Shown piece after piece: positions 52,236 to 64,000 of a DNA stretch of 64,000 nucleotides. The position numbers were made by a program, and so were the translations under genes. The DNA lies in contig OZ250173.1 of assembly GCA_965238075.1 (NCBI GenBank), positions 2,848,001 to 2,912,000 of the forward strand, read 5' to 3'. The DNA is from Candidatus Entotheonellaceae bacterium (GTDB lineage: Bacteria; Tectomicrobia; Entotheonellia; Entotheonellales; Entotheonellaceae). Position 1 is the stretch's first letter. Every line of letters starts with the position of its first letter. Under the pieces are notes generated by a model. It saw only the letters and a program-made list of their open reading frames with translations, had not been told where the DNA came from and ran no database searches.

Positions 52236-55200
52236 TTGGATAGCATATTTAATTTGTATGAGAAACCCAAAGACCCCACTTCTTTCAGTGCGATCCGCAT
52301 TCGTCTCGCGTCGCCACAAAAGATCCGCTCTTGGTCACACGGCGAGGTCAAAAAGCCAGAAACCATTAACTATCGCACCTTCAAGCCTGAGCGCGACGGG
52401 TTGTTCTGCGCCAAGATTTTTGGCCCAGCGAAGGACTGGGAATGCAACTGTGGCAAATACAAACGCATGAAGCACCGCGGCGTCGTCTGCGAAAAATGCG
52501 GTGTGGAGGTTATCCAGTCCAAAGTGCGGCGTGAGCGACTTGGACACATTGAACTGGCGTGCCCGGTGTCCCATGTTTGGTTTTTCAAAGGTATTCCAAG
52601 TCGTATTGGAATCCTGCTGGACATGTCTTTGCGGGAGTTGGAGCGCATTCTTTATTTCGAAAACTACGTGGTTATAGACCCTGGTGTAACAGGGTTGAAA
52701 AAGCAAGAACTCCTCATGGAGGAACGTCATCGCGAACTAGTCAAGGAGCACGGCAGCAAGGTCGTAACGTATGGCGTCAAGCCGTATGAGGAATCTCGTC
52801 GTCTCGAACCTAGCGCCGATGTTGTAACTGGCATGGGGGCCGAAGCGATCCGCGAGTTGCTGCGTCGTTTGGACCTTGACGAGCTAGCTGAGTCCCTGCG
52901 GTCAGAGATGCATGAGTCGGCGTCGCTGCAAAAACGCAAGAAAATCATCAAACGGCTAAAGGTCGTTGAAGCCTTCCGCAAATCGGACAACCGACCCGAA
53001 TGGATGATTCTTGAAGTAATACCCGTGATTCCGCCAGAGCTGCGCCCATTGGTGCCATTAGACGGAGGGCGTTTTGCCACCTCGGACTTGAACGACTTGT
53101 ACCGCAGGGTCATCAACCGAAATAATCGGCTGATCCGTTTGCAGGAGTTGCGCGCTCCGGAAATCATCATTCGTAATGAGAAACGCATGTTACAAGAAGC
53201 CGTGGACGCGCTGTTCGACAATGGGCGACGCGGCCGTGCCTTGCGGGGGCCGAACAAGCGTCCGCTGAAATCCTTGAGTGACATGCTTAAAGGTAAGCAA
53301 GGACGTTTTCGCCAGAACCTGCTGGGAAAACGAGTCGACTACTCTGGACGTTCTGTTATTGTCGTGGGGCCGGAACTCAAGTTGCACCAGTGCGGGCTGC
53401 CAAAAATAATGGCTTTGGAGCTCTTCAAGCCCTTCATCTATCACAAACTCGAAGAACGTGGACACGTTAACACCATCAAGAGCGCCAAGAGGATGGTGGA
53501 AAAGGGTCTGCCGGAAGTATGGGATGCCCTTGACGAGATCATCCACGAGTACACGGTATTACTGAACCGGGCGCCCACCCTTCATCGCCTTGGCATTCAG
53601 GCCTTTGAACCTGTGCTGGTAGAGGGCAAGGCAATCCGTATTCACCCGCTGGTATGTGCGGCATTCAACGCCGATTTCGACGGCGATCAAATGGCAGTTC
53701 ACGTGCCTCTCTCTGTCGAAGCTCAAGTAGAAGCCAAGACCCTCATGCTATCCGTGAATAATATCCTGTCGGCTGCCCACGGTAAGCCCTTGGCAGTGCC
53801 CAGCCAAGATATCATTATGGGCTGCTACTATATGACCAAGGAGCGGGGTGGAAGTCTCGGAGAGGGCAAACTGTTTACGAGTCCCGAGGAAGTTCGCATT
53901 GCATATGATGCCGAGGAGATTGGATTACAGGCTCGTATCCGTGTGCGGATGGGCAAGGATGTTGTGCCCACCACGGTCGGCCGTATTCTCCTCCGTGAGG
54001 TTTTGCCGCCGGAATTGGAATTCGAGCGGGTGAATCGGCACATGGATAAGGCTTCCCTTACGGACTTGGTGGCGGAATGCTATCAGCGTGTTGGGAAGGA
54101 ACGGACCGTACAACTCTTGGAAGACCTCAAGACACTTGGGTTCCAATATGCAACTCAGTCCGGGCTCTCCATCGGAATAGATGATATGCACATCCCGATG
54201 ATGAAGGAGTCTTTGATCGAAGAAGCCCAAACTCAAGTTGTAGATGTCGAGAGTCAGTATCGAGAGGGCCTCATCACGAACGGCGAGCGCTACAACAAAA
54301 TCGTCGACATTTGGGCAAAGGTCACTGAGCAGGTGTCCAACGAAATGTTCAAGGAATTGGAGCGGGAAGACCTTGAGGTTATGCATAGTCGTGGCGCCAA
54401 CGGGGCTCGGCACGACTTTAATCCCATCTATGCAATGGCCAACTCGGGAGCACGCGGTGGTTTGCAGCAGATTCGACAACTGGCAGGCATGCGAGGGTTA
54501 ATGGCTAAGCCAAGCGGGGAAATCATGGAGACGCCGATTACGGCGAATTTCCGCGAAGGGCTTAGTGTGCTCCAGTATTTCATTTCTACACACGGAGCGA
54601 GGAAAGGGCTTGCAGATACGGCCCTGAAGACGGCTAATTCCGGCTATTTGACCCGTCGTTTGGTAGATGTGGCCCAGGATGTGATCGTCCTGACCCAAGA
54701 CTGCGGTACTCTTGGCGGCGTTACGGTGACTGCTCTTGTTCAAAGCGGTGAGATCATCGAATCGCTCGGAGAGCGAATCCTGGGTCGTGTCACTGCCGAA
54801 GATGTGCTGGATCCTTATAGCGGCGAGATGTTGGTTGTCCGCAATACGCTTGTCGATGAGGAAGCTGCGGAGCGCATCGAAAACGCTGGGCTTGAGCATG
54901 TTGTCATGCGATCTGTACTTACCTGTGAGTTGAAAAGTGGCATCTGTGCAATGTGTTACGGGCGCAATTTGGCTTCTGGTTCTTTAGCCGAAATCGGCGA
55001 GGCTGTGGGCGTTATTGCTGCCCAGTCGATTGGCGAGCCAGGCACGCAGCTCACCATGCGAACGTTTCACATCGGAGGGGCTGCGAGCTTACAGGTAGAC
55101 CAGAGCACCTTGCAGGCCAAGAACAATGGGGTGGTGCGCTACCAGAATCTTCGCACGGTAAATAATCGCGAAGGTGCGATGGTGGTTATGAACCGTAACG

Positions 55201-56453
55201 GCGTCCTGGTTATCCAGGACAAGGAGGAACGCGAGAAAGAGCGTTACCCAATTGAGTACGGAGCACGTCTAAGGGTGAGGGACGGCCAGAAGATCGAACG
55301 CGGTGAAAACCTGGTCGAGTGGGATCCTTACACTCGTTCGATTCTTGCAGAGGTTTCCGGTCGCGTCGCCTACGGCGATATTGTGGAAGGTGTTACAGTT
55401 CAGGAAGAACTAGACGAACAGACCGGATTGTCGCAGAAAGTGATCCTCGACCACCACGATGAAAAGCGTCAACCGCGCGTGTCCATCAAGGATGAACAGA
55501 ATACGACATTAGGACGCCATCAACTCCCTGCTGGTGCGCACATTTCCGTGACGGATGGAGAAATGGTTTCCGCTGGCGACGTTTTGGTAAAGATCCCGCG
55601 CGAAACGGCAAAGACAAAAGATATCACCGGTGGGTTGCCGCGTGTTGCTGAGCTCTTTGAAGCCCGGAAACCGAAGGAACAAGCGATCATTTCCGAGATC
55701 GATGGTGTTGTGAGGTTCGGAGGATTTCAGCGAGGAGCCCGCAAGGTTATTGTCGCGGCGGATAGCGGCGAAGAACGGGAATACCTGGTGCCACGAGGTA
55801 AATACGTCAATGTGCATGAGGGCGATCGGGTTCGCGCCAGTGAGCCATTGATGGATGGAGCGGTTAATCCTCATGATATTCTTGACATCCGGGGCGAGCA
55901 GGAACTGCAAAAATATCTCGTGAACGAAATCCAGGAGGTATATCGCCTTCAGGGGGTACAGATCAATGACAAGCACATTGAGGTGATTGTCAAGCAGATG
56001 CTGAAACGTGTGGTCGTTGAGGAGCCTGGAGACACCGAATTCTTGGTTGGTGAGCAAGTGGCCAAAACAATTTTCTCTCGCCGCAATCAGGCCGTTGTAG
56101 CCGAGGGGGGTGGACCAGCCCTTGGCAAGCCCATCCTCTTGGGAATCACCAAATCCTCATTAAGCACGGAGAGTTTCATTTCTGCAGCTTCTTTCCAGGA
56201 AACGACGCGTGTGCTGACGCAGGCCGCAGTGAGTGGCATGGTTGACCGGCTCCGCGGCTTGAAAGAGAACGTCATCATGGGTCGCGTCATTCCGGCTGGC
56301 ACAGGTATCGCTCAACACCAGGACAATCTGGCCGAACCGGATGTGAATGGGGTGGACGAATACGTCGATGAAACACAGACTTTCCCGGCTGCTGGTGATG
56401 AATCCAATGCGGATGTCATGCTTGCCGCTGAGAGTCAAGAAGGGAGCAATTAG
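52236..56453 (+). CDS. rpoC: RNA polymerase beta' subunit
   Basis: [41 protein letters not shown] start after ggagg. Confidence 0.99.
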   Translation: MDSIFNLYEKPKDPTSFSAIRIRLASPQKIRSWSHGEVKKPETINYRTFKPERDGLFCAKIFGPAKDWECNCGKYKRMKHRGVVCEKCGVEVIQSKVRRERLGHIELACPVSHVWFFKGIPSRIGILLDMSLRELERILYFENYVVIDPGVTGLKKQELLMEERHRELVKEHGSKVVTYGVKPYEESRRLEPSADVVTGMGAEAIRELLRRLDLDELAESLRSEMHESASLQKRKKIIKRLKVVEAFRKSDNRPEWMILEVIPVIPPELRPLVPLDGGRFATSDLNDLYRRVINRNNRLIRLQELRAPEIIIRNEKRMLQEAVDALFDNGRRGRALRGPNKRPLKSLSDMLKGKQGRFRQNLLGKRVDYSGRSVIVVGPELKLHQCGLPKIMALELFKPFIYHKLEERGHVNTIKSAKRMVEKGLPEVWDALDEIIHEYTVLLNRAPTLHRLGIQAFEPVLVEGKAIRIHPLVCAAFNADFDGDQMAVHVPLSVEAQVEAKTLMLSVNNILSAAHGKPLAVPSQDIIMGCYYMTKERGGSLGEGKLFTSPEEVRIAYDAEEIGLQARIRVRMGKDVVPTTVGRILLREVLPPELEFERVNRHMDKASLTDLVAECYQRVGKERTVQLLEDLKTLGFQYATQSGLSIGIDDMHIPMMKESLIEEAQTQVVDVESQYREGLITNGERYNKIVDIWAKVTEQVSNEMFKELEREDLEVMHSRGANGARHDFNPIYAMANSGARGGLQQIRQLAGMRGLMAKPSGEIMETPITANFREGLSVLQYFISTHGARKGLADTALKTANSGYLTRRLVDVAQDVIVLTQDCGTLGGVTVTALVQSGEIIESLGERILGRVTAEDVLDPYSGEMLVVRNTLVDEEAAERIENAGLEHVVMRSVLTCELKSGICAMCYGRNLASGSLAEIGEAVGVIAAQSIGEPGTQLTMRTFHIGGAASLQVDQSTLQAKNNGVVRYQNLRTVNNREGAMVVMNRNGVLVIQDKEEREKERYPIEYGARLRVRDGQKIERGENLVEWDPYTRSILAEVSGRVAYGDIVEGVTVQEELDEQTGLSQKVILDHHDEKRQPRVSIKDEQNTTLGRHQLPAGAHISVTDGEMVSAGDVLVKIPRETAKTKDITGGLPRVAELFEARKPKEQAIISEIDGVVRFGGFQRGARKVIVAADSGEEREYLVPRGKYVNVHEGDRVRASEPLMDGAVNPHDILDIRGEQELQKYLVNEIQEVYRLQGVQINDKHIEVIVKQMLKRVVVEEPGDTEFLVGEQVAKTIFSRRNQAVVAEGGGPALGKPILLGITKSSLSTESFISAASFQETTRVLTQAAVSGMVDRLRGLKENVIMGRVIPAGTGIAQHQDNLAEPDVNGVDEYVDETQTFPAAGDESNADVMLAAESQEGSN

Positions 56454-56525
56454 AAGCGTGGTAATTCTTGACAATCCATAGAGTTGTGTTGTACACACAT
56501 ATCAGTTCCTGATAGAAGGTTTCTT

Positions 56526-56894
56526 ATGCCTACGATTCATCAGTTGGTTCAAAAGGGACGGAAGCGAGCGAAGAAAAAAACCTCGAGTCCCGCGTTGCGT
56601 TCAAACCCTCAAAAACGAGGGGTTTGCATGAGAGTCTATACTTCGACTCCAAAGAAGCCGAACTCCGCCCTGCGTAAGGTGGCACGTGTACGGCTTACCA
56701 ACGGTGTCGAAGTGACGGCATACATTCCGGGTGTCGGCCACAATTTGCAGGAACATGCAATCGTTTTAATCCGGGGTGGGCGCGTGAAGGATTTGCCGGG
56801 CGTGCGGTATCATATTGTGCGCGGTACTTTGGACACGATGGGGGTTCAAAACCGCAAAAAGGGCAGGTCGAAATACGGGGCTAAGAGGTCGTAA
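56526..56894 (+). CDS. rpsL: 30S ribosomal protein S12
   Basis: [31 protein letters not shown]. Confidence 0.99.
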   Translation: MPTIHQLVQKGRKRAKKKTSSPALRSNPQKRGVCMRVYTSTPKKPNSALRKVARVRLTNGVEVTAYIPGVGHNLQEHAIVLIRGGRVKDLPGVRYHIVRGTLDTMGVQNRKKGRSKYGAKRS

Positions 56895-56906
56895 TTTAGT
56901 TCGAGG

Positions 56907-56947
56907 GAGGTGGTAGTGATTTTTCATACCACCACCTCTTTATTTTT
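56907..56947 (+). terminator. Terminator-like hairpin between rpsL and rpsG
   Basis: gaggtggt/accacctc 8-bp stem followed by tttattttt. Confidence 0.5.
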
Positions 56948-56958
56948 GGAGAGGCTGT

Positions 56959-57429
56959 ATGCCACGAAGAAAAGTTGTGACGAAGCGGCCGGTTTTGCCG
57001 GATCCTAGATACGGTGACGCATTCGTCACGCGTTGTGTCAATGTCTTGATGAAGCGCGGGAAGAAGAGTATTGCTGAACGGATCATGTACGGTGCAATGG
57101 ACGTGCTTGGCGAACAAACTGGCGAAGAACCACTGAAGGTATTCCGACAAGCCGTGGACAACGTACGACCTGTCATCGAAGTGCGGTCACGCAGAGTGGG
57201 AGGGTCCACCTATCAGATTCCAGTGGACGTCCCGCCCGAACGACGAATCGCTTTGAGCATGCGTTGGATTGTCGCGAGCGCTCGCGCTCGTAGCGAGCGA
57301 GGGATGTTAAGGCGTTTGGCGGCAGAGCTATTTGATGCGTATCGTAATACGGGGAACGCGGTAAAGAGAAAGGAAGACACACATCGTATGGCGGAAGCCA
57401 ATAAAGCTTTCGCTCATTATCGTTGGTGA
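56959..57429 (+). CDS. rpsG: 30S ribosomal protein S7
   Basis: [38 protein letters not shown]. Confidence 0.99.
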   Translation: MPRRKVVTKRPVLPDPRYGDAFVTRCVNVLMKRGKKSIAERIMYGAMDVLGEQTGEEPLKVFRQAVDNVRPVIEVRSRRVGGSTYQIPVDVPPERRIALSMRWIVASARARSERGMLRRLAAELFDAYRNTGNAVKRKEDTHRMAEANKAFAHYRW

Positions 57430-57645
57430 TCACTATCCATATTACTTTCCAGTAGAAATTCCTTGCCCAACACCCTTGGGTGCTTTCTGCGAGTTGTGAC
57501 GAGAGCAAGGGTGTTGGCTCACCGCCTGGCATGCTTTTCTGAAGCCAAATTGTAGCGTCTTCGATTGTGCTCAACAATTACAGTGAGCACCAACTGGGCT
57601 CACTTACGTGGTATTGCGCGTTGCAGAAAGAGAAATGAGGTTCCT

Positions 57646-59712
57646 GTGCCCCGGCTAGTCCCGTTGGAAAGAACACGTAACATCGGCATCATTGCGCACA
57701 TTGACGCGGGGAAGACGACAACGACTGAACGTATCCTCTATTACACGGGTAGGTCACATCGCCTGGGTGAAGTCCACGAAGGTTCTGCCACGATGGATTG
57801 GATGGTTCAGGAGCAGGAGCGAGGGATCACGATCACCTCCGCTGCCACGACGTGTTCCTGGGGTGATCACGTCATCAACATCATTGACACACCGGGGCAC
57901 GTGGACTTTACGGCCGAAGTGGAACGGAGCTTGCGCGTGCTTGATGGCGCGGTGGGCCTTTTCTGCGCGGTAGGAGGTGTGGAGCCGCAATCGGAGACCG
58001 TGTGGCGTCAGGCGGAGAAGTATCGTGTGCCACGCATAGCATTCGTGAATAAGTTGGACCGCGCAGGGGCCGATTTTTTTCGCACGATAAGGGCGATGAA
58101 AGATCGATTGGGGACCTCTCCAGTGGTTTTACAACTGCCATTGGGCAGTGAGGAGAAGTTCTGCGGGGTGATCGACCTACTACGAATGCAAGCACTCGTT
58201 TACGACGAGGACAACCTGGGAGTTGGGTACCGTACGACGGACATTCCTGATTCTTACCACGAGCAGGCGAGACAATACCAAGCGCGTCTGGTCGAAGATG
58301 TGGCAGAATTGGACGATGCTCTCATGGAGCGGTATTTAGCCGAGGAGGTTGTTACTCCTGGAGACCTCGCCAAGGTAATCCGTCAAGGTACAATCAACAA
58401 TCAAATCACACCGGTTTTCTGTGGTGCTGCATTCCGGAATAAAGGCGTCCAACCCCTGCTGGATGGCATTGTCGATTACTTACCCTCACCTGTCGATGTC
58501 CCCCCCATGGTTGGCATAGAATCCAAAACAGGAGAAAGAATTTTCCGTGCGGCCGACGACAATGCCCTAGCGGCGTTAGCGTTCAAAGTCATGGTTGACC
58601 CTTATGTGGGACAATTAGTCTTCGTGCGGGTTTACTCCGGGGTGTTAGAGGCAGGTTCTTACGTGTACAACTCCACTAAGGGTAAACAAGAACGCATCGG
58701 GCGCCTGATGAAAATGCATGCCAACAAGAGAGAGGACGTGAAGGTAATTCAGGCTGGAGACATCGGTGCGGTAATCGGTCTGAAGACTACAGCAACCGGC
58801 GATACGTTGTGCGACACCTCTCAGCCAGTCGTCTTGGAAGCGATAACGTTCCCTGAGCCAGTGATGGCGATCGCTATTGAACCAAAGACCAAAGCTGACA
58901 GCGATAAACTGGGCATGTCGCTCAGTAAAATCTCTCGAGAGGACCCGACCTTCCGGGTGCGGATTGACAAAGAAACCGGTCAAACCATCATTTCCGGTAT
59001 GGGCGAGTTACACCTCGAAATTCTCGTGGACCGTCTAGCACGGGAATTTCAGGTTGCTGCTCACGTGTCCCGCCCTCAGGTGGCATACAGGGAATCGATT
59101 CAGCGTGCCGCAGAATCCGAAGGACGCTTTGTGAGACAGAGCGGTGGCCGAGGGCAATATGGTCACGTTAAGATGCGCTTTGAGCCCTTGGAACGCGGCG
59201 TTGGGTATGTTTTTGAAGACGACATTGTTGGCGGGGCGGTGCCCAAGGAATACATCTCGGCCGTAGAGGCGGGTGTCGCCGAGGCAATGCGGCATGGTAT
59301 TCTCATGGGACACCCGGTAGTCGATCTGAAAGCTACTCTCTACGATGGGTCGTATCACGATGTTGATTCTTCGGAACTGGCTTTTAAGGTAGCAGCGTCC
59401 ATGGCATTTAAGGAAGCCGTAAAAAAAGCTGATCCAGTGATTCTGGAGCCTATCGTGAGTGTTGAAGTCGTGGTTCCAAATGAATACCTGGGTGATATTA
59501 TTGGCGATCTGAATAGCCGTCGAGGCAAAGTGCGAGGCATGGAAGATCGGGCTGGTGCTAAAGTTGTGTCGGGCCATGTGCCGTTAGCAGAGATGTTTGG
59601 CTACGCTACAGACCTGCGTTCCCGGACGCAGGGACGGGCGACATTTACGATGCAGTTTGCGCTCTACGAGACCGTTCCATCCCATAAGCAAACGGAGTTG
59701 TGTGCCTTGTAG
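57646..59712 (+). CDS. fusA: Elongation factor G
   Basis: [43 protein letters not shown] start. Confidence 0.98.
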   Translation: MPRLVPLERTRNIGIIAHIDAGKTTTTERILYYTGRSHRLGEVHEGSATMDWMVQEQERGITITSAATTCSWGDHVINIIDTPGHVDFTAEVERSLRVLDGAVGLFCAVGGVEPQSETVWRQAEKYRVPRIAFVNKLDRAGADFFRTIRAMKDRLGTSPVVLQLPLGSEEKFCGVIDLLRMQALVYDEDNLGVGYRTTDIPDSYHEQARQYQARLVEDVAELDDALMERYLAEEVVTPGDLAKVIRQGTINNQITPVFCGAAFRNKGVQPLLDGIVDYLPSPVDVPPMVGIESKTGERIFRAADDNALAALAFKVMVDPYVGQLVFVRVYSGVLEAGSYVYNSTKGKQERIGRLMKMHANKREDVKVIQAGDIGAVIGLKTTATGDTLCDTSQPVVLEAITFPEPVMAIAIEPKTKADSDKLGMSLSKISREDPTFRVRIDKETGQTIISGMGELHLEILVDRLAREFQVAAHVSRPQVAYRESIQRAAESEGRFVRQSGGRGQYGHVKMRFEPLERGVGYVFEDDIVGGAVPKEYISAVEAGVAEAMRHGILMGHPVVDLKATLYDGSYHDVDSSELAFKVAASMAFKEAVKKADPVILEPIVSVEVVVPNEYLGDIIGDLNSRRGKVRGMEDRAGAKVVSGHVPLAEMFGYATDLRSRTQGRATFTMQFALYETVPSHKQTELCAL

Positions 59713-59785
59713 AGGCCGTTTGGATAGAGGTCTGGCAAGGCTGCATAGTGTTCAGGAAGTTATAACACAGAGGGGGATTGAGTTA

Positions 59786-60979
59786 ATGTCGAAGGCGAAA
59801 TTCAAGCGTAGCAAGCCGCACGTCAACGTCGGGACGATCGGTCACGTAGACCACGGCAAGACGACGCTCACGTCTGCCATAACGCAGGTACTGGCAGCGC
59901 AAGGCAAGGCGGACTATGTGCCCTTTGACCAGATCGACAAGGCGCCCGAGGAAAAAGCCCGCGGCATCACCATTGCTACTGCACACGTGGAATACGAAAG
60001 CGAGAACCGCCACTACGCCCACGTCGATTGTCCGGGTCACGCCGACTACGTGAAGAACATGATCACGGGTGCAGCGCAGATGGACGGGGCGATCTTGGTG
60101 GTGAGTGCCGCCGATGGCGCGATGCCGCAGACGCGCGAGCATATCCTGTTGGCGCGTCAGGTTGGGGTGCCCTACATCGTGGTGTTCATGAACAAAGTGG
60201 ACATGGTGGACGATGAAGAGTTGCTGGACTTGGTGGAGTTGGAGTTGCGGGAGTTGCTTAGCAAGTACGAATTTCCTGGCGACGACATTCCGATTATCCG
60301 GGGCAGTGCACTGCAGGCCTTGGAGAGTGGCGATCCGAGTGCTTCGGAGAGCGCTTGCGTCTTTGAGTTAATGGGTGCGATTGATGAATACGTGCCGACG
60401 CCGCAGCGCGCCATAGACCGGCCGTTTCTGATGCCCGTGGAGGACGTATTCACGATATCGGGTCGAGGGACGGTGGCGACGGGTCGTATTGAGCGTGGCG
60501 TGGTGACGGTAGGCGACGATGTGGAGATCGTGGGGATGAAGGAGACGCACAAGACGGTGGCGACGGGCGTGGAGATGTTTCGGAAGATATTGGACCGTGG
60601 CGAGGCAGGTGATAACATAGGGGTATTGTTGCGCGGTGTGAAGCGCGATGAGATAGAGCGTGGTCAGGTATTGGCGAAGCCGGGTTCGATTACGCCACAC
60701 ACGCGTTTTCAGGCAGAGGTGTACGTGTTGTCGAAAGACGAGGGAGGTCGTCACACGCCGTTTTTCAATGGCTACCGGCCGCAGTTTTACTTTCGCACGA
60801 CGGATGTGACGGGTGTGGTGACATTGCCCTCGGGTACGGAGATGGTGATGCCTGGGGACAACGTTGGCGTGGAGGTGGAGTTAATCACGCCGATTGCTTT
60901 GGAGAAAGAGTTGCGCTTTGCGATCCGTGAGGGCGGCCGGACGGTAGGGGCGGGCGTCGTTAGTGAAATACTGGCGTAG
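59786..60979 (+). CDS. tuf: Elongation factor Tu (copy 2)
   Basis: Same protein sequence as copy 1. Confidence 0.99.
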   Translation: MSKAKFKRSKPHVNVGTIGHVDHGKTTLTSAITQVLAAQGKADYVPFDQIDKAPEEKARGITIATAHVEYESENRHYAHVDCPGHADYVKNMITGAAQMDGAILVVSAADGAMPQTREHILLARQVGVPYIVVFMNKVDMVDDEELLDLVELELRELLSKYEFPGDDIPIIRGSALQALESGDPSASESACVFELMGAIDEYVPTPQRAIDRPFLMPVEDVFTISGRGTVATGRIERGVVTVGDDVEIVGMKETHKTVATGVEMFRKILDRGEAGDNIGVLLRGVKRDEIERGQVLAKPGSITPHTRFQAEVYVLSKDEGGRHTPFFNGYRPQFYFRTTDVTGVVTLPSGTEMVMPGDNVGVEVELITPIALEKELRFAIREGGRTVGAGVVSEILA

Positions 60980-61014
60980 GGTGGCCACAAATCACATAAA
61001 GGCTTGATGGAGCG

Positions 61015-61323
61015 ATGGCTGGACAAAAGATTCGTATACGTCTTAAGGCGTATGATCATCGGATTCTCGATCAATCGGTGGGCGAAATTGTAGAAACGGC
61101 TAAACGAACCGGGGCTAGAATTGTGGGTCCCATTCCTTTGCCGACAGTGTTGAATAAATATACGGTTTTGCGCTCGCCACATGTTGACAAGAAATCCCGT
61201 GAACAGTTTGAGATTCGGACGCATAAGCGCCTTTTGGACATTGTTGAGCCAACTCCGCAGACCGTGGAGGCCCTGATGAAACTAGACTTGTCCGCAGGGA
61301 TTGATGTGGAAATCAAGCTGTAG
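61015..61323 (+). CDS. rpsJ: 30S ribosomal protein S10
   Basis: [36 protein letters not shown]. Confidence 0.99.
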   Translation: MAGQKIRIRLKAYDHRILDQSVGEIVETAKRTGARIVGPIPLPTVLNKYTVLRSPHVDKKSREQFEIRTHKRLLDIVEPTPQTVEALMKLDLSAGIDVEIKL

Positions 61324-61336
61324 GAGAACCGGGCGC

Positions 61337-61996
61337 ATGTTGCGGGGATTGATTGGACGGAAAGTGGGAATGACTCAGATCTTCTCTGACGAAGGGGAGG
61401 TTATTCCTGTCACTGCTATCGAAACCGGTCCGTGCTGGGTCATCCAGAAGAAAAATCAAACACGTGATGGTTATACGGCGGTTCAACTTGGTTTCGGGGC
61501 CGGCAAAGTCAAACGTACCACTAAGCCACTAAGAGGGCACTTCCAACGCAGCAATGTGCCCCCAACACGCTGGCTTCGGGAGTTTCGTGTTGACGAGCAA
61601 ACGCTCGAAGAACTCGAGGAAGGCCAGCAGATTTCGGGCGAAATTTTTGCCAATTGGCGTTATGTAGACGTGACCGGCACCTCAAAAGGGCGGGGATTTA
61701 CGGGTGTAATGAAACGTCATAACTTTGCCGGTAAAAACCGATCCCACGGCACACACGAACATTTCCGACATGGGGGATCAATCGGAGCCTCCGCAACCCC
61801 TTCCAGAGTGTTTAAGAACAGGGGCATGCCTGGGCAATACGGCAACGAGCGGGTGACAGTGCAGAAGCTTGAAGTGGTTAGGTTTCTGGAAGAGCGTCAC
61901 CTGTTGTTGGTTAAGGGGGCGGTACCGGGACCGAACGGGGGCATGATATTGGTTCAGGTTAGCAAAAAGCACCCGCAGGAAACGGGGGAACGTTGA
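61337..61996 (+). CDS. rplC: 50S ribosomal protein L3
   Basis: [37 protein letters not shown]. Confidence 0.98.
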   Translation: MLRGLIGRKVGMTQIFSDEGEVIPVTAIETGPCWVIQKKNQTRDGYTAVQLGFGAGKVKRTTKPLRGHFQRSNVPPTRWLREFRVDEQTLEELEEGQQISGEIFANWRYVDVTGTSKGRGFTGVMKRHNFAGKNRSHGTHEHFRHGGSIGASATPSRVFKNRGMPGQYGNERVTVQKLEVVRFLEERHLLLVKGAVPGPNGGMILVQVSKKHPQETGER

Positions 61997-62616
61997 TGAA
62001 CATTGACGTATATGATTCTCAAGGTCAGGTCCTCCGTCAAGCCGAATTGCCGGATGGTGTATTCGGGGTCGAGGTGAGGGACCACTTGCTTTACGAGGTT
62101 GTGCGTTATCAACTTGCACGCCGGCGGCAGGGAACGGCGCATGCCAAGAATCGCTCCGCTGTGCGTGGTGGTGGGCGCAAGCCATGGCGTCAAAAGGGCA
62201 CTGGACGTGCACGTGCGGGCTCCCTACGTTCGCCATTGTGGCGTGGTGGAGGGGCGATTTTTGGCCCTATGCCGCGCTCTTATGCTTACAGCATGCCGAA
62301 GAAGAAACGCCGTGCGGCACTCTGTGGCGCCTTAAGCCTAAAGCTACGCGAAAATGCCTTTCGTGTTATTGAACGCTTTGACGTTGTTCAACCGAAAACC
62401 CGCCAGATCGTGCAGATGATTAGAATTTTCACAGATGAGCCCAAGGTGCTCTTGCTTGTTGGAGAGCCGAACGAGACGTTACATCTCTCTGCACGAAACA
62501 TTCAACAGGTCAAGGTGTTGCCCGTTGCGGGGTTAAATGTATACGACTTGCTGCATTACACTACGGTAATTTGTGCCGAGGAAGCTCTGGACGAAATTGC
62601 AGGGAGGCTTGCCTAA
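61996..62616 (+). CDS. rplD: 50S ribosomal protein L4
   Basis: RQGT, GGGRKPWRQKGTGRARAGS, GGGAIFGP. Confidence 0.97.
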   Translation: MNIDVYDSQGQVLRQAELPDGVFGVEVRDHLLYEVVRYQLARRRQGTAHAKNRSAVRGGGRKPWRQKGTGRARAGSLRSPLWRGGGAIFGPMPRSYAYSMPKKKRRAALCGALSLKLRENAFRVIERFDVVQPKTRQIVQMIRIFTDEPKVLLLVGEPNETLHLSARNIQQVKVLPVAGLNVYDLLHYTTVICAEEALDEIAGRLA

Positions 62617-62617
62617 C

Positions 62618-62905
62618 ATGGAGTATCATCAAATTGTTAGACGGCCCTTGATCACTGAAAAAGGCATGCGCTACAACGAGCAGCAAAACACAGTGATATT
62701 TCAGGTGGATCCCGGGGCTAACAAGCTGCAAATCAAACAAGCTCTTGAAGGCCTGTTTCAAGTTAAGGTTTTGCGCATAAACACCCTCAATATCCAAGGT
62801 AAGAAAAAGCGGATTCGGGGGCGAGAAGGCAAGAGACCTGATTGGAAAAAAGCCTATGTGACTTTGCGGGAAGGCGATAGTATCACCTTCTTCGAAGGGG
62901 TCTAA
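62618..62905 (+). CDS. rplW: 50S ribosomal protein L23
   Basis: [24 protein letters not shown]. Confidence 0.97.
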   Translation: MEYHQIVRRPLITEKGMRYNEQQNTVIFQVDPGANKLQIKQALEGLFQVKVLRINTLNIQGKKKRIRGREGKRPDWKKAYVTLREGDSITFFEGV

Positions 62906-62919
62906 CGAGGGACGGGAAA

Positions 62920-63744
62920 ATGGCAATTCGCCGCTACAAGCCGACATCTCCAGGAAGGCGTTTTCAAACCGTAAGTACGTTCGAAGAGATTACTTCTTCG
63001 AACCCTGAACGGAGCTTGCTTCGTTCTGTGAGGAAATCCGGCGGACGTAACAGCAATGGGCGTATTACCAGTAGGCGTCGTGGAGGGGGGCATAAGCGGC
63101 GTTACCGCGTAGTCGATTTTAAACGTACGAAGGATGAAGTTCCGGCTCGCGTCGTCTCCATTGAATATGACCCCAATCGATCCGCACGTGTGGCGCTTTT
63201 GCACTATCTGGATGGGGAAAAGCGGTATATCCTGGCCCCAGCAAGTATTCAAGTTGGCGAAACCGTTATGTCCGGACCGCAGGCGGACATCCGGCCCGGA
63301 AATGCAATGGCGTTGAGCGATATGCCTCTCGGAATGACAATTCACAACATTGAACTTTCCCCAGGGAAAGGTGGGCAACTCGCCAGGAGTGCAGGGTCTT
63401 CCGCCCAACTCATGGCGCGCGAAGGCAAATATGCACAGTTGCGATTGACGTCAGGAGAGATGCGCCTGGTATTGGTAACGTGCCGGGCAACCATTGGACA
63501 AGTTGGCAATGCCGACCATGAAAATATTTCCGTTGGAAAGGCAGGGAGGTCGCGATGGTTGGGAAGGCGTCCTCGCGTGCGTGGCGTTGCAATGAATCCA
63601 GTTGATCACCCCCACGGCGGCGGTGAAGGGAAAACTTCGGGTGGTCGTCACCCGGTGACTCCGTGGGGTGTGCCAACGAAAGGTTACAAGACACGTCGGA
63701 ATAAGCGCACAGATAAATTCATCGTTCGGCGGCGTAAGCGGTGA
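62920..63744 (+). CDS. rplB: 50S ribosomal protein L2
   Basis: [33 protein letters not shown]. Confidence 0.99.
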   Translation: MAIRRYKPTSPGRRFQTVSTFEEITSSNPERSLLRSVRKSGGRNSNGRITSRRRGGGHKRRYRVVDFKRTKDEVPARVVSIEYDPNRSARVALLHYLDGEKRYILAPASIQVGETVMSGPQADIRPGNAMALSDMPLGMTIHNIELSPGKGGQLARSAGSSAQLMAREGKYAQLRLTSGEMRLVLVTCRATIGQVGNADHENISVGKAGRSRWLGRRPRVRGVAMNPVDHPHGGGEGKTSGGRHPVTPWGVPTKGYKTRRNKRTDKFIVRRRKR

Positions 63745-63775
63745 GGAATTATAGCTTAGGGCTGGGGAGGTAGAT

Positions 63776-64000
63776 GTGGGTCGTTCGATAAAGAAGGGGC
63801 CGTTTCTTGACGACCATTTGCTGAAAAAAGTTCAGTTGATGGAGCAGGCTCAGGAAAAGCGTATTATCCGGACATGGTCGCGACGTTCGACGATTATCCC
63901 AGAAATGGTAGGGCATACTATCGCCGTGCATAATGGAAAAAGGTTCATCCCGGTTTATATAACCGAGAATATGGTAGGGCATAAGCTTGGGGAGTTTTCG
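63776..64000 (+). CDS. rpsS: 30S ribosomal protein S19 (3' partial)
   Basis: [13 protein letters not shown]...[16 protein letters not shown]...HNGK...MVGHKLGEF. Confidence 0.97.
   Translation, partial: MGRSIKKGPFLDDHLLKKVQLMEQAQEKRIIRTWSRRSTIIPEMVGHTIAVHNGKRFIPVYITENMVGHKLGEFS

Overview
Bacterial (genetic code 11) window in two parts. About 1-36.9 kb is GC-rich accessory and metabolic DNA: a partial GMC flavoprotein, a GNAT gene broken by TGA, a cofG-cofH-dapA-argH run, cyclase, M20 peptidase, CoxD/CoxE-like pair, fabF, an ureD-amtB-ureABC-ureFG operon and a convergent sigma54-type urtABCDE operon. Between the two urea operons lies a ~10 kb defence patch: VapBC, several decayed TA modules, an AbiGi-like gene and a broken type IIG R-M gene. 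About 37-64 kb looks less GC-rich and is housekeeping: rpoZ-yggX, ispDF, rlmB, five tRNAs, two apparently identical tuf copies, and the secE-nusG-rplKAJL-rpoBC, str and S10 operons. The best candidate for a little-known system is a tandem pair of predicted selenoproteins that the ORF track truncates at UGA. One is a B12-domain radical SAM enzyme ending ...EPWYC-U-AEPTEEQVAPF. The other is an ATP-grasp enzyme with an in-frame UGA (ARPIGGL-U-SRSLRF). Each UGA is followed by a SECIS-like hairpin, and both genes sit in an apparent rpoZ-yggX operon. Also notable: a Cys-free copy of the beta' zinc-ribbon motif inside RpoB, and a zinc ribbon fused to ArgH. Family assignments come from motif recognition only, with no searches run. 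Gene content loosely suggests a Tectomicrobia/Nitrospinota-like lineage (weak inference).
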